From: Gemmatimonadota bacterium
Lineage (GTDB): Bacteria > Latescibacterota > UBA2968 > UBA8231
NCBI GenBank assembly: GCA_038153405.1
Contig: JAYOYH010000026.1
Coordinates: 1-60,158, forward strand
Direction of reading: 5' to 3'
DNA: 60,158 bases
The translations under genes and the position numbers were made by a program. The stretch's first letter is position 1; each line of letters begins with the position of its first letter. Positions 45,800 to 56,600 of the stretch are shown piece by piece. The notes below the pieces were generated by a model. That model worked only from the letters and a program-made list of their open reading frames with translations, made no database searches and was not told the DNA's origin.

Positions 45800-46434
45800 G
45801 CTTTCACGTATTCGACTACCGCCAAGACATTAAAAATCTGCTGGTCACTCCGCATATTCGCGCGCGTTTTCTGCGCATTGAGCCGGGTGAGATACACGGC
45901 ATGCACAGCCACGACCTCGGGCACGAAATATTCTTCGTGCTACAAGGTCACTTGACCTTCTACATCGACGGCGACGAGCAAACGCTCGGTCCGGGCCAGC
46001 TCTGCTTTGCCCTGGCCGATCAAATTCACCAAGTGCGCAACAACGGCGACGAACCGGTCTTTATGTACTTATCCGTCACCCCGCACGTCCAGCCGACGCA
46101 TACGGGTCGCGATGCCGACGGCACGCGCCATCCCACGCGCTTTATCGCCTCCAGCAGCTATGATGTCGAAACAGATCAACAGACGCCGATCGACGCGCTC
46201 ATTGACGACGTGGCGTTCAGAGCCGACGCGCTGTCGGCCAGCGCACACACCTGTGCCGACGCACAGAAGGCTCTCGGCGAGGAGCTAAAGAGGGCGCTTC
46301 AGCACGGCGATGGAGCGCGTGCAGACGAACTGCGCGAAGCCATGTGGGAAAAGCTGCGCCAGGTGCACTGGGATATCTACGCACTGGCCGATCGCTGGAA
46401 CGACCTAGCGCCGCGCGCCGGCAAACTGGGCTAA
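45796..46434 (+). CDS. cupin domain protein with a helical C-terminus
   Basis: HSH...HEIFFVLQG...H..RN metal motif; ATGA overlap with the upstream gene. Confidence 0.8.
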   Translation: MSFHVFDYRQDIKNLLVTPHIRARFLRIEPGEIHGMHSHDLGHEIFFVLQGHLTFYIDGDEQTLGPGQLCFALADQIHQVRNNGDEPVFMYLSVTPHVQPTHTGRDADGTRHPTRFIASSSYDVETDQQTPIDALIDDVAFRADALSASAHTCADAQKALGEELKRALQHGDGARADELREAMWEKLRQVHWDIYALADRWNDLAPRAGKLG

Positions 46435-46485
46435 GTATCGCGAAAATGCACGCGCCATTTCCAATCGATTAAAATGGAGGATAGT

Positions 46486-47556
46486 ATGCAACGAGTGCGC
46501 CTTGGCATTGTTGGCTGCGGTGCAGTAGCGCAGGTCCAGCACCTGCCCAATTTGGCGGAATTACAAGAGGAATTTTCCGTCGAGATCGCATGCGACCTTT
46601 CGCCGTCGCTGTCTGCTGGCGTAGCCGAGCAGTTTCACATTGCACGCCATACGAGCGACATCGACGAGCTATTGGACAGCGACATCGATGCCGTGCTGCT
46701 CTGCCACACCGATCCCAAAACGGCAGCTGCAGTCGCCGCCTTTGACGCCGGCAAACACGTGCTGATCGAAAAGCCCGTGTGCTTTTCACTAGAGGAAATG
46801 GAGCAGATCACAGCGGCCCAGGAGCGCGCCGGCACCGTGGGCATGGCCGCCTATATGAAGGTCTACGATCCCGCTTTTGAGCTGGCCCAGCAGCGCGCCG
46901 ATGCCATGCAGGCCATTCGCTACGCCCAGATCAACCATCTCCACACTGACAACTCACATCACCTGGCCCACTTTCGCCTGCACCGGGCCAGCGACCTGCC
47001 GGCTGCGCGCATAGAAGAGGCACAGGCCGCGCGCAACGCCGCTGCCCAGCAGGCCATCGGCGACGTCGCCGAATCCGTTCGCGGTGCATTCTTTCGCCTA
47101 GCCGGCAGCATGATCCACGACATCTACGGCGCGCGCGCAGTGCTCGGCGTGCCCGAGCGCGTGCTGTCGACCGAAATATGGAACGATGGATGGGGAATTC
47201 ACACGGTGCTAGCCTACCAGAGCGGAGCGCGCTGTGCGGCCACCTGGGTCGAACTGCGCGACGTGCGCGACTTTAAGGAAACGCTGGAAATCAGCGGCGA
47301 CGACAGCCGCCTGCTGCTGTCCTACCCGACGGGCTTTGCGCGCGGCATTCTTTCCACCCTAGAAGTGCAGCGCCTCGACGCGCAGGGCAACCCCGTGCGC
47401 GAGCACCCGAGTATCGCCTGGGAAAGCCCCTTTGTGCGCGAGCTGAGGCACTTTCATGCCTGCATCACCGAAGGCGCTACGCCGCGCACGCCGCTGGCCG
47501 AAGCCGGCCATGACATCGCACTGATTATCGATATTATCGGCGCCTATACCGGATAG
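46486..47556 (+). CDS. Gfo/Idh/MocA family oxidoreductase
   Basis: GIVGCG, GKHVLIEKP, YMKVYDP, IHDI; RBS GGAGG. Confidence 0.9.
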   Translation: MQRVRLGIVGCGAVAQVQHLPNLAELQEEFSVEIACDLSPSLSAGVAEQFHIARHTSDIDELLDSDIDAVLLCHTDPKTAAAVAAFDAGKHVLIEKPVCFSLEEMEQITAAQERAGTVGMAAYMKVYDPAFELAQQRADAMQAIRYAQINHLHTDNSHHLAHFRLHRASDLPAARIEEAQAARNAAAQQAIGDVAESVRGAFFRLAGSMIHDIYGARAVLGVPERVLSTEIWNDGWGIHTVLAYQSGARCAATWVELRDVRDFKETLEISGDDSRLLLSYPTGFARGILSTLEVQRLDAQGNPVREHPSIAWESPFVRELRHFHACITEGATPRTPLAEAGHDIALIIDIIGAYTG

Positions 47557-47579
47557 AAAGTCCATCCCAGCAGATTGCG

Positions 47580-48401
47580 CTAGTTCGACGCCTTGGCCGA
47601 TTCCCAATCTGCGCGTGCCCGCTTCTGCGCCTCGCGCCAGCGCGCCGTCACCTCGCCGCCCTGCGGATGGCTGACGATATCGTGAATCGTGGCGCGCGGT
47701 TGGTAGGGCAGATAGAGTCCCGTGTGCCACGCCAAATTGCGGTAGAGCAGAAAGTCGCCGGCGTTTAAGTGCACCTGCATGGCACCGGGCATATCCCGAC
47801 AGTGCTGCAGGTAAAAGCGCTCGGCCTCGGCATTCGACAACCCAGCCGGCGGCGTGCGCATGGCAGCGACGTCCGTGCTTTGCTCTTCTCCGGATACGTC
47901 GAATGAGCGCAGATGCGAACCCGGCACAAACCAAGTGCACGAATCGGCGTAAATCGCGCAGTTGACCTGGTTGAACACGCGCAGATCGTGCCAAAACGCG
48001 TTCATCTCGGCAGCGAGTTCGGGCGTGCGCGCCTCCGTCGGCACTTCGACGACGCCGTCGCGGTGCCAGCCACAGTGCCATGGGTGCTCGGCCGGCTCGA
48101 CGAGCAAACCCATGATGTGCAGGTGTGCATGGGTGTAGCCCGGCCCCAGCAAAGCGTGGATCGCGTCGCGCAGAGCCGACAGCTCTACGTAGTCGCGGAA
48201 GGGCTGCAGGTCAATCCGATCGCCGTACTGGTCCAGCGGCTGAATGCGCTGCGTCTGTGGACCGTTCAGCTCGTGTGCCAGCGCGCGGGCTATGTCGGCC
48301 TGGCTGCGCAAATCGCGCAGCAGAGAGGGCGGCACAATGCCGCGGAAAATACAGTAGCCGCGCGCGAGATATTGGTCGATGTCCCCACTGCTCACGCCCA
48401 A
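47580..48401 (-). CDS. PhyH-family dioxygenase with canonical HxD motif
   Basis: YLARGY, GWHRD, FVPGSH, AGDFLLY....WHTG; start uncertain (48401 or 48395). Confidence 0.8.
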   Translation of the reverse strand: MGVSSGDIDQYLARGYCIFRGIVPPSLLRDLRSQADIARALAHELNGPQTQRIQPLDQYGDRIDLQPFRDYVELSALRDAIHALLGPGYTHAHLHIMGLLVEPAEHPWHCGWHRDGVVEVPTEARTPELAAEMNAFWHDLRVFNQVNCAIYADSCTWFVPGSHLRSFDVSGEEQSTDVAAMRTPPAGLSNAEAERFYLQHCRDMPGAMQVHLNAGDFLLYRNLAWHTGLYLPYQPRATIHDIVSHPQGGEVTARWREAQKRARADWESAKASN

Positions 48402-49180
48402 GCCCCCTTGGCCATCAGACCGCCGTCGACGTTGACGTACGAACCAGTCATAAAAGACGCCTTTTCGCTGGCCAAAAACAGCACGGCGTTGGCAATATCA
48501 ACCGGCTGGCCAAATCGACCGACGGGGTGGATATCGGCATAGCTTTTTTCAAACTCCGGGCGATCTAAGCCCTGCGCCTCGACCAACTCGTCGACGAGCG
48601 GCGTGTCAATACCGCCCGGATTTACGGCGAGCACGCGTATGTTGTAGCGCGCATACTCCAGGGCCAGCTGACGCGTCAACGACAGTATGCCGCCTTTACT
48701 GGCGGCATAAGCGGACACGCCCAGTGCCGACTGTAGACCCTGCACGCTGGCCGTATTGATGATGACGCCGCTGCTGCGCGCCATCATATTCGGCACGCTG
48801 TACTTGGCCATGAGGAAATAGCTTTTCAGGTTGATATCGACAATGCGATCCCACGTCTCCTCGGGCAGTTCGTGTGCCGGCACGTAGCTGTGCACGGGCT
48901 GGATGCCGACGTTATTGCACAGGACGTCAATACCGCCCCACTCTGCTATAACGGTTTCGCATACCTCTTTGCACGCGCGGGCTTCGGAGGCGTCGGATTC
49001 GAAAAAGCGGATTTCACCTTCTATCTGAGCACTTTCGGCGGCAATAGCGGCCCCCGCAGCCGCATCGACATCCATACAGGCTACGCGCGCACCAGCCCCC
49101 GCAAAGGCGCGCACAATACCGGAACCGATGCCTTTGGCTCCCCCGGTTACAATCACTGATGCATTGGCGAATTCACTCAT
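48392..49180 (-). CDS. short-chain dehydrogenase/reductase (SDR)
   Basis: TGGAKGIG, NNVG, S..., YAASK, NPG.IDT, FMTG...VDGG. Confidence 0.92.
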   Translation of the reverse strand: MSEFANASVIVTGGAKGIGSGIVRAFAGAGARVACMDVDAAAGAAIAAESAQIEGEIRFFESDASEARACKEVCETVIAEWGGIDVLCNNVGIQPVHSYVPAHELPEETWDRIVDINLKSYFLMAKYSVPNMMARSSGVIINTASVQGLQSALGVSAYAASKGGILSLTRQLALEYARYNIRVLAVNPGGIDTPLVDELVEAQGLDRPEFEKSYADIHPVGRFGQPVDIANAVLFLASEKASFMTGSYVNVDGGLMAKGAWA

Positions 49181-49228
49181 AACGTTCTCCTTTTTTCATA
49201 AGGCGTTTGCATGGGCAGCAAGACGCGT

Positions 49229-50275
49229 CTATATGGCTCGCAGCGCAAAGGCGAAGGCGCGCTGCCCCAGCACCGTCAGCGATAGCACGCGCTCGCAGTA
49301 AAAGAGATCCGCGCCCTGCAGAATGCGCTCCATCAGCGCGCGCTCACTGGTCAGCAGCACCGCAGCGGCACCGGGTGTAAGAACGCGGCGCAGTTCCGGC
49401 ACGCAGCGGGCGTAGAGATCGGCCAACTCGCTGCGCGACCCCACTTTTTTGCCAAAAGGGAGGTTGCAGGCGGCCGCGCCGACGCTGCCGGAATCCAGCG
49501 GCAGGTTGCAGGCATCCCAGACGCGCAGCTCAATGGGCTTGTAGCGCGGACCGATATTGCTGCGCGCCGCCGCCAGTGCCTCTTCCCGCACGTCGCCGCC
49601 TAACAGCTGGCGGTAGCGGGCGCACTCGCCGCGCTCTACCAGCAGAGTCCCCGCGCCGCACATCGGGTCGAGGAATACGTCTTCTTCGCACGGCTGCGTC
49701 ATCATCACCATCGCACGCGCCACTACCGGGCGCAGCGAGGCGGCTATCGTGCTGTTCTTGTAGGTGCGGTGGCGCATCGTGCGATCGGACAGGCGCAGGC
49801 CGCACAGCACTTCGCCTCCCTCCTCGAGAATCCACACTTCCAGCAGTCCATCTTCCGCCACCGCTTTCCACGACGGAAAGCGACGGGCCACTGCCTGCCG
49901 CACGCGCTCTTCTACGACTTTGCGCACGTAGCGCTGCCCCCCCGAGCGCCGCTGCACGACTACGCGAAAGCGCATGCGTTGACCTCGACGCGGACGGACC
50001 GCGTGCAGTGCATCTAGCGCTGCATCCCACGCGGACGCACGCCCGACCAGCGCTTCGATTTCTCGCAGGCCATCCTTTTGCAGAGACACCTTTTGGCGCG
50101 CGACTAGCGCAAAAACGTCCTCGGCCGTTCCCAACTGCAATGCGGCCTGCACATCGCCGGGCCACTCAAAAAACACTATGCCGCGTCGCCGCTCGCTGCT
50201 GCGTCCTCCGCTATCGGCAATCTCCCGCGCCAGCACGCCTTCGATTCCCGGAACGGTAAAGGCGTAATACGCCAT
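49229..50275 (-). CDS. THUMP domain RNA methyltransferase (UPF0020/Trm11-Trm14-like)
   Basis: VPGIE N-terminus, ASLRP..A.AM, LDPMCGAGT..VE, CNLPFG. Confidence 0.82.
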   Translation of the reverse strand: MAYYAFTVPGIEGVLAREIADSGGRSSERRRGIVFFEWPGDVQAALQLGTAEDVFALVARQKVSLQKDGLREIEALVGRASAWDAALDALHAVRPRRGQRMRFRVVVQRRSGGQRYVRKVVEERVRQAVARRFPSWKAVAEDGLLEVWILEEGGEVLCGLRLSDRTMRHRTYKNSTIAASLRPVVARAMVMMTQPCEEDVFLDPMCGAGTLLVERGECARYRQLLGGDVREEALAAARSNIGPRYKPIELRVWDACNLPLDSGSVGAAACNLPFGKKVGSRSELADLYARCVPELRRVLTPGAAAVLLTSERALMERILQGADLFYCERVLSLTVLGQRAFAFALRAI

Positions 50276-51040
50276 TTATGCCTCATATAAATCATTGAGG
50301 TCGGCAGCGGCCAACTCCACGAGAAAAGAGGCAATGTCGGCAGCAACGCGCTCCAAACAGCGCTGCCCTTTTTCCGGCGTCGACAACCTCGGATCACCGA
50401 TGCCCGTATCGTCGGTGGCCCGCAGCCAGTCGCGCTGCGTCCACACCCATCCCTCGCGCAGCCCGCGCAGCTTAAAGGCGTGCTCGCGGCCGTCTCCGGC
50501 CTGGTCGAGCGGCAGCACCCAATCGGGACGCAGGTACTGCATTAGACTCGTTTCCATCTCGTTGGCATGGTCGCCGCCGAGCTCGAACATATCGTCGCTC
50601 ACCCTGCTGTACCAGTTCATACAGCAGATAAACATATTGTGTTTGGGCAGTAGTTCGCGCACCATCTGGCGAAAGTCGTTACCGCCGTGGCCGTTCATAA
50701 TGAGCAGGCGATCAAAGCCCTGATGCTCTAGGGCCGACGCGATATCGGACAGTACGGCTAGCTGGGTCGAGGGGTTCATATTGATGTCGAGCGCGACGTC
50801 GAGCTGCCCTGTATTCACACCAAAGGGCACCGTTGGCAACACGATCGGGCGCGCGCCCTGCTCCCATGCAAGCCGCGCCGCTTCGGCGGCGATCTCGTCG
50901 CACTGCACGACATCCGTCGAATAAGGCAAGTGGTAATTGTGCGCTTCGGTTGCTCCCCAGGGCAACACCGCCGTGTCGTAGCTCGTAGACTTTACCGCCT
51001 GCCAATTGGTCTCTGCGAGAATATAGGGTCGACCTGACAT
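50276..51040 (-). CDS. creatininase family protein
   Basis: LPWGATEAHNYHLP..TD, NGHGGN, GDHANEMETS, GIGDP. Confidence 0.88.
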   Translation of the reverse strand: MSGRPYILAETNWQAVKSTSYDTAVLPWGATEAHNYHLPYSTDVVQCDEIAAEAARLAWEQGARPIVLPTVPFGVNTGQLDVALDINMNPSTQLAVLSDIASALEHQGFDRLLIMNGHGGNDFRQMVRELLPKHNMFICCMNWYSRVSDDMFELGGDHANEMETSLMQYLRPDWVLPLDQAGDGREHAFKLRGLREGWVWTQRDWLRATDDTGIGDPRLSTPEKGQRCLERVAADIASFLVELAAADLNDLYEA

Positions 51041-51125
51041 TCTCCACTCCTCTATCTCAGTGGCCGCAGCGGGCATTGTCCGCTGCGGCGATTTTTGTTT
51101 TTATACAGGCAAAAAAGGACCACGT

Positions 51126-52304
51126 ATGATTTGGGCTTCCGCCCTATCGAACAAAGACAACGCCAGCGCGGCACTGGCCGATATCAAGCGCTCCATCGAC
51201 GCACAACTCGGTGGAAAGCGCCCTGATCTGGTGTGTGCCTTTGTGTCTTCTCATCACGCCAGTCAGTACCAGCACATCGCCCAACAGTGCAACGCGCTCT
51301 TTGCACCGCGCGTCAGCATCGGCTGCAGCGGAGCGGGCCAACTCGGCGGAGGCTGCGAAGCCGAGCGGGGACCGGCCCTAGCCCTGTGTGCAGCTCACTT
51401 GCCCGACGTGTCGATCCATCCGTTCTACTGCCGCCAAGAGCAGTGTCCCAACGCCGATGCCGGCCCCGACGCCTGGGCCGATTTAGTCGGAGCCGACCGC
51501 GCCCAGCCCGCCTACTTTGTGCTGATGGCCAATCTGGCCGGTCCGCCCTCTTTCGATCCGCGCCCGCTGCTAGCCGGGCTCGACTTTGCCTACCCGGGCT
51601 GCACGCAGATAGGCGGCCTCGCCTCAGCTCTCGACGACAATATTCTCTTTTTAAACGGCACCCTGCACGGCAATGGCCTAGTCGGTATCGCGCTGCAGGG
51701 CAATATACGAGTGGACGCACTGGTCGCGCGCGGCTGTCGCCCCATTGGCAAACCCATGACGGCCAATACCTGCGAGGAAAACCTGCTGTTCCAGCTAGAC
51801 GACAAACCGGCGTCGCAGATGCTGGCCGAACTCTACCACAGCCTCAGCACCCAAGACCAGGCGCGCATGCGCGACGGCCTGCTGTTGGGCATTGCCAGCA
51901 CCGAATTAAAAGATCCACTCGGCCCCGGCGACTTTCTCATGCGCAACATCGTGCACATGGATCACGAAAAGGGCTACCTGGCCATAGGCGACGTGCTGCG
52001 CCCCGGACAAACGGTGCAGTTCCACCTGCGCGATGCCGAGGCAGCCAGCGAAGAGCTCGAACTGCTGCTGCGCCGCTACAGTGCCAGCGGCACCCGGCCC
52101 AGAGGTTCGCTGCTCTTTACCTGCACAGGGCGTGGCCAGCAGCTATTTTCCAACCCAGAGCACGAATCCAAGGCCTTTTTCGAATACGTCGGCAACGTGC
52201 CGCTAACCGGTTTTTTTTGCAGCGGTGAAATCGGCCCCGTCGGCCCGTCTACCCACCTGCACGGCTACACCAGCTCGTTCGGGCTGTTCCGCCCAGCCGA
52301 TTAG
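51126..52304 (+). CDS. FIST (FIST_N + FIST_C) domain protein
   Basis: IGCSG, IGGLAS, GCRPIG, F.MRN, VQFHLRD, FTCTGRG, GFFCSGEIGP, HGYT. Confidence 0.9.
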   Translation: MIWASALSNKDNASAALADIKRSIDAQLGGKRPDLVCAFVSSHHASQYQHIAQQCNALFAPRVSIGCSGAGQLGGGCEAERGPALALCAAHLPDVSIHPFYCRQEQCPNADAGPDAWADLVGADRAQPAYFVLMANLAGPPSFDPRPLLAGLDFAYPGCTQIGGLASALDDNILFLNGTLHGNGLVGIALQGNIRVDALVARGCRPIGKPMTANTCEENLLFQLDDKPASQMLAELYHSLSTQDQARMRDGLLLGIASTELKDPLGPGDFLMRNIVHMDHEKGYLAIGDVLRPGQTVQFHLRDAEAASEELELLLRRYSASGTRPRGSLLFTCTGRGQQLFSNPEHESKAFFEYVGNVPLTGFFCSGEIGPVGPSTHLHGYTSSFGLFRPAD

Positions 52305-52495
52305 TTCACCTCGTTACATACCCAAACGGCGCACAGTTCAGCGTTTCATAGCGCCTTGGTGCCCGAGACAACTTTCGGTCAGCTCAATTTCGCGCGCGTC
52401 CAACACCCGATGCGGCGCTTCGCTCATCCAATACACAGCCGCTACGCAGCCGCATCCCAGCGCATCACACCAATCGTCTAATGCCCAACAATGCG

Positions 52496-53296
52496 CTAGC
52501 GCGCGCCGCACGCCTTGAGGCAGGCGTTGAGATAGCCGCGGCTTTCGGCGGCAATGGTTGCGACGCGGCCTAGCTCGTACTCCTTGGCGCCAATGACTTC
52601 TAAATTGGCCGCCACATTGATATTCGCCTCGTGCAGCACCCGCACGTAGCCGGCCAGATCGATTTGCCCGCGCCCGCAGGCCTGCAGTTCCGGCGCACCG
52701 GGTCCGCCCTCCGGCACCGCGCAGTCGCGTATGTGCACGTGCTTAACGCGCGATACCACGGCGCCCAATGCCTCGACCGGATTTTCACCAGCGCGATGAA
52801 TGTGACTGGGGTCCATATCAATACCAAAACCCGGTGAATCGATAACTTCCATAGCGCGCAGCGTAGTAGGCGTGTTGTAGATGCAGTTACCCACGTGCGC
52901 TTTGACACACAGCGTAACGCCGTGGGCGTGGGCGCGGTCGGCCATCTTGGCCAATAAAGCTACTTGGCGCTCAAAATCTTCTTCTACGTCGGCTTTGCCA
53001 CCCGGCCCGACGTTAATAACCGGAATGCCAATCTCTGCGCCGGCGGCAAAGGCCTTCTCCAGGCGTTCTTCGTCGAGCGCAGCTTCTTCCATAGACAATA
53101 ATTCCAACTCGTATTGCTGACTCAATTCCCGAATTTGGTTCTTCTGCGCCTGCCAGTTGTCCAGTTCAAGGTGTTCGCACATGCCCTTTATCGCTGAGAG
53201 TTCAATGCCGTCGTAGCCGGCCCAAGCGATGTATTTAAACGCTGTTTCGATATCAAAACCGCCAAATAGAACCGAATTGGCACCCAATTTTATCAT
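52496..53296 (-). CDS. sugar phosphate isomerase/epimerase (TIM barrel)
   Basis: AGYDGIEL, VKAH, DMDPSH, HVHIRD, GRGQIDL, LEVIG. Confidence 0.85.
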   Translation of the reverse strand: MIKLGANSVLFGGFDIETAFKYIAWAGYDGIELSAIKGMCEHLELDNWQAQKNQIRELSQQYELELLSMEEAALDEERLEKAFAAGAEIGIPVINVGPGGKADVEEDFERQVALLAKMADRAHAHGVTLCVKAHVGNCIYNTPTTLRAMEVIDSPGFGIDMDPSHIHRAGENPVEALGAVVSRVKHVHIRDCAVPEGGPGAPELQACGRGQIDLAGYVRVLHEANINVAANLEVIGAKEYELGRVATIAAESRGYLNACLKACGAR

Positions 53297-53363
53297 GGTA
53301 AAAATTCCTCAACTAAGAGAAGTGAACGTTGATTGACTGCACCGATTTATCGCGCGATTGGTC

Positions 53364-53392
53364 AGTATAGTGCGGCGTATGGAGGGCGTCAA
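53364..53392 (-). promoter_or_regulatory. sigma-70 promoter of the 52496-53296 gene
   Basis: TTGACG-17 bp-TATACT on the - strand. Confidence 0.7.
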
Positions 53393-53542
53393 GCAGAGGG
53401 CGAGGCCCTTGTCAGACTCTACACTATACGGCATCCATGACCAAACATCGACCTAGTGCGCGCTGCGGCTATCGTCTAATATGACAGCTCGCCCTTTCCA
53501 TTTTTGCCTTTTCCGACCAGATTAACTGTTTGGCCTAGTGCC

Positions 53543-53578
53543 AAAACGAGCGGCGCACAGTCGGCTATGCGCCGCTCG
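53543..53578 (-). terminator. 11-bp hairpin with a U-tract on the - strand, in the uvrA leader region
   Basis: CGAGCGGCGCA (53547-53557)/TGCGCCGCTCG (53568-53578) followed by TTTT on the - strand. Confidence 0.45.
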
Positions 53579-53604
53579 GGCTTTGCCCAACTGCAAGGAT
53601 AGGC

Positions 53605-56600
53605 ATGGAAACCCACCACATCGTCGTGCGCGGTGCGCGCGTGCACAATCTAAAAAACGTCCACTTAGAGCTACCTAAAAATCAGCTTATCTGCTTTACG
53701 GGTGTGTCGGGGTCGGGCAAGTCGTCCATGGCCTTCGATACGCTATATGCCGAAGGCCAGCGCCGCTATGTAACCTCGCTGTCAGCCTATGCGCGCCAGT
53801 TTCTCGGACAGATGGAAAAGCCAGACGTAGACCAAATTTCCGGCCTGGCACCGACGATTTCCATCGCTCAGAAAACCGCCGGCCAAAACCCGCGGTCGAC
53901 GGTGGGCACCATCACCGAGATATACGACTACCTGCGCATTCTCTTTGCGCGCGTCGGCGAGCCGCACTGCGTCCAGTGCGGGCAGCCCATTGGCGCCCAG
54001 AGCCGCGAACAGATGGTGACGCGCATTCACACACTGCCCGAGGGAACGCGCCTACACGTGCTGGCCCCGGTGGTGCAGGAGCGCAAAGGCGAGTACCACG
54101 AACTCTTCGAAGAGCTGCAAAGGGCTGGCTACATTCGCGTGCGTGTCGACGGACAGATCTTCCATCTCGACGAAGCACCCGATCTGGACCGCTACAGCCG
54201 TCACACCATTGATGTGGTCGTCGACCGCTTAGTGCTGCGCGAAGAGCAGCGCAGTCGCCTAACCGAAGCGGTGGACACGGCCCTGCGACTGGGTGAAGGT
54301 ACTTTTATCATTGCCCGCGACGAAGAAAAAGACCAGCTCTACAGCGCCCGCTTCGACTGTACTAACTGCGGCATATCGTACCAGGAACCAACACCGCAGA
54401 TGTTCTCGTTTAACAACCCACAGGGCATGTGCCGCACGTGCAATGGACTCGGCACGCAGGTGCTAATGAGCGAGCACCTGCTGATACCCGACCCGCAAAA
54501 GTCCATTCTGCAGGGCGCCATCGAGCCTCTCGGCGACGTCACCAGTAACCGCTGGCGCCTGCACCTATACGAGGGCGCAGCCGACCGCCTCGGCTTTGAC
54601 CTTGATACGCCGTGGAAGAATCTTGACGAAGAGCAAAAACGCGGCTTTCTCTATGGCCTCGGCGACGAGAAAATCACCTTTACCTATACCAATAAGCGCA
54701 AGTACACCTGGTCGCACGACGATCCCTACGAGGGCGTCGTCGCCATGCTCGAAGAGCGCTTTCGCGGCGGCAACGAACGCATTCGACGCGAGTTGGAGCA
54801 GTTTATGGGGACGCAGACCTGCGCCGACTGTGCAGGGGGACGTCTGCGCGCTGAATCGCTGTCGGTTCTCGTAGAGGAGCGCAATATGCCCTCGCTGACC
54901 GGCATTGCCATTGAAGAGGCACACGACTTCTTTGCCGAGTTGACGTTTGACTCGGTGCGCGCGCTGATTGCCGAAGAGGCCCTCAAGGAGATTCGCGGAC
55001 GCCTGCAGCTCATGTGCGATATGGGCCTGGGCTACCTCACCCTAGACCGCGGAGCCCATACGCTATCTGGCGGCGAGGCGCAGCGCATTCGTCTGGCTTC
55101 GCAAATCGGCTCCGGTTTGGTCGGCGTGATGTACGTGCTGGACGAACCGTCCATCGGCCTGCACTACCGCGACAACCGGCGCCTGCTCGACACGCTCAAA
55201 CGGCTGCGCGACATCGGCAATACCGTAATCGTCGTCGAGCACGACGAGGAGACCATGCGCGAAGCCGATCTGATCGTCGACTTCGGGCCCGGAGCCGGTG
55301 AGCGCGGCGGCTCAATAGTGGTTTGCGGTTCACCCGCAGACGTGGAGGAGCATCCCGATTCTATTACCGGACACTATCTGGCCGGCCGCCTCAAGATACC
55401 CACACCGAGCAAACGGCGAGTCGGCAGCGGCCAATGGCTGGAGATCGTCGGCGCCCGCCACCACAACCTACAGAACGTCGATGCGCGCATTCCCCTGGGT
55501 TGCTTGACCAGCGTCTGCGGCGTGTCGGGTTCGGGCAAATCCTCGCTGATCAACGACATCCTCTTTAAAGCGCTCGACCGACAACTGCATCGCGCCCAGA
55601 TCGAAGTAGGCGCACATTCGTCAATCCGCGGCGTCGAACACCTAGACAAAGTCATTCGCATTGACCAAAAGCCCATCGGCCGAACGCCGCGCTCGAATCC
55701 AGCGACCTACACCGACCTCTTCACTCCCATCCGCCAGCTCTTTGCCAGGCTGCCCGAAGCGCGCCTGCGCGGCTACCAACAGGGTCGCTTCTCCTTCAAC
55801 GTAAAGGGCGGGCGCTGCGAGGCCTGCGAGGGCAACGGCGCCACCCTCGTCGAAATGGAATTTCTCGCCGACGTTTGGGTGGAGTGCGAAGTCTGCCAGG
55901 GCAGCCGCTTTAACCGCGAAACTCTGACGGTGAAGTTCCGCGAAAAGTCCATCGCCGAACTCTTGCATATGGAAGTGGAAGAAGCACTGGCCTTTTTCGA
56001 AAACGTGCCGCAGATACATCGCGTGCTAAAGACGCTCGACGACGTAGGACTCGGCTATCTCAAGCTCGGCCAGCCAGCTCCAACGCTGTCGGGCGGCGAA
56101 GCGCAGCGCGTAAAACTGGCCAAGGAGCTATGTCGGCGCAGCACCGGACGCACCCTCTACATCCTCGACGAGCCAACCACGGGCCTGCACTTTGCCGATG
56201 TCGACAAACTGCTAAAAATACTTCACACCTTCGCCGACCAGGGCAATACAGTCGTCGTGATTGAGCACAATATGGAGGTGATCAAAACGGCTGACTACAT
56301 CGTAGACCTCGGCCCAGAAGGCGGCGCAGAAGGCGGCAAGATCGTCGCCATGGGCACGCCAGAGCAGGTCGCAGCCGTGACGCAGTCCTATACCGGCCGC
56401 TTTCTCAACGAGCTGCTAAACGCCCCGGATAAGGGAAAAAAGCAGCGCGCAAAAACGGAGCCTAAAAAGCAGACGAGTAGCGGCTGGATTCGCGAAATCG
56501 AGGTCAGCGGTGCGCGCCAGAACAACCTGCGCGGCATCGACGTGAAAATTCCCCGCGACCAGATGACGGTCATCTCCGGCGTCTCTGGTTCGGGCAAATC

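Noticed and set aside
52338..52427. Minus-strand 29-aa ORF MSEAPHRVLDAREIELTESCLGHQGAMKR ending in TGA
   Set aside because: No RBS, only a faint TusA-like VLDAR resemblance without the CP motif, and read-through would add just 7 residues
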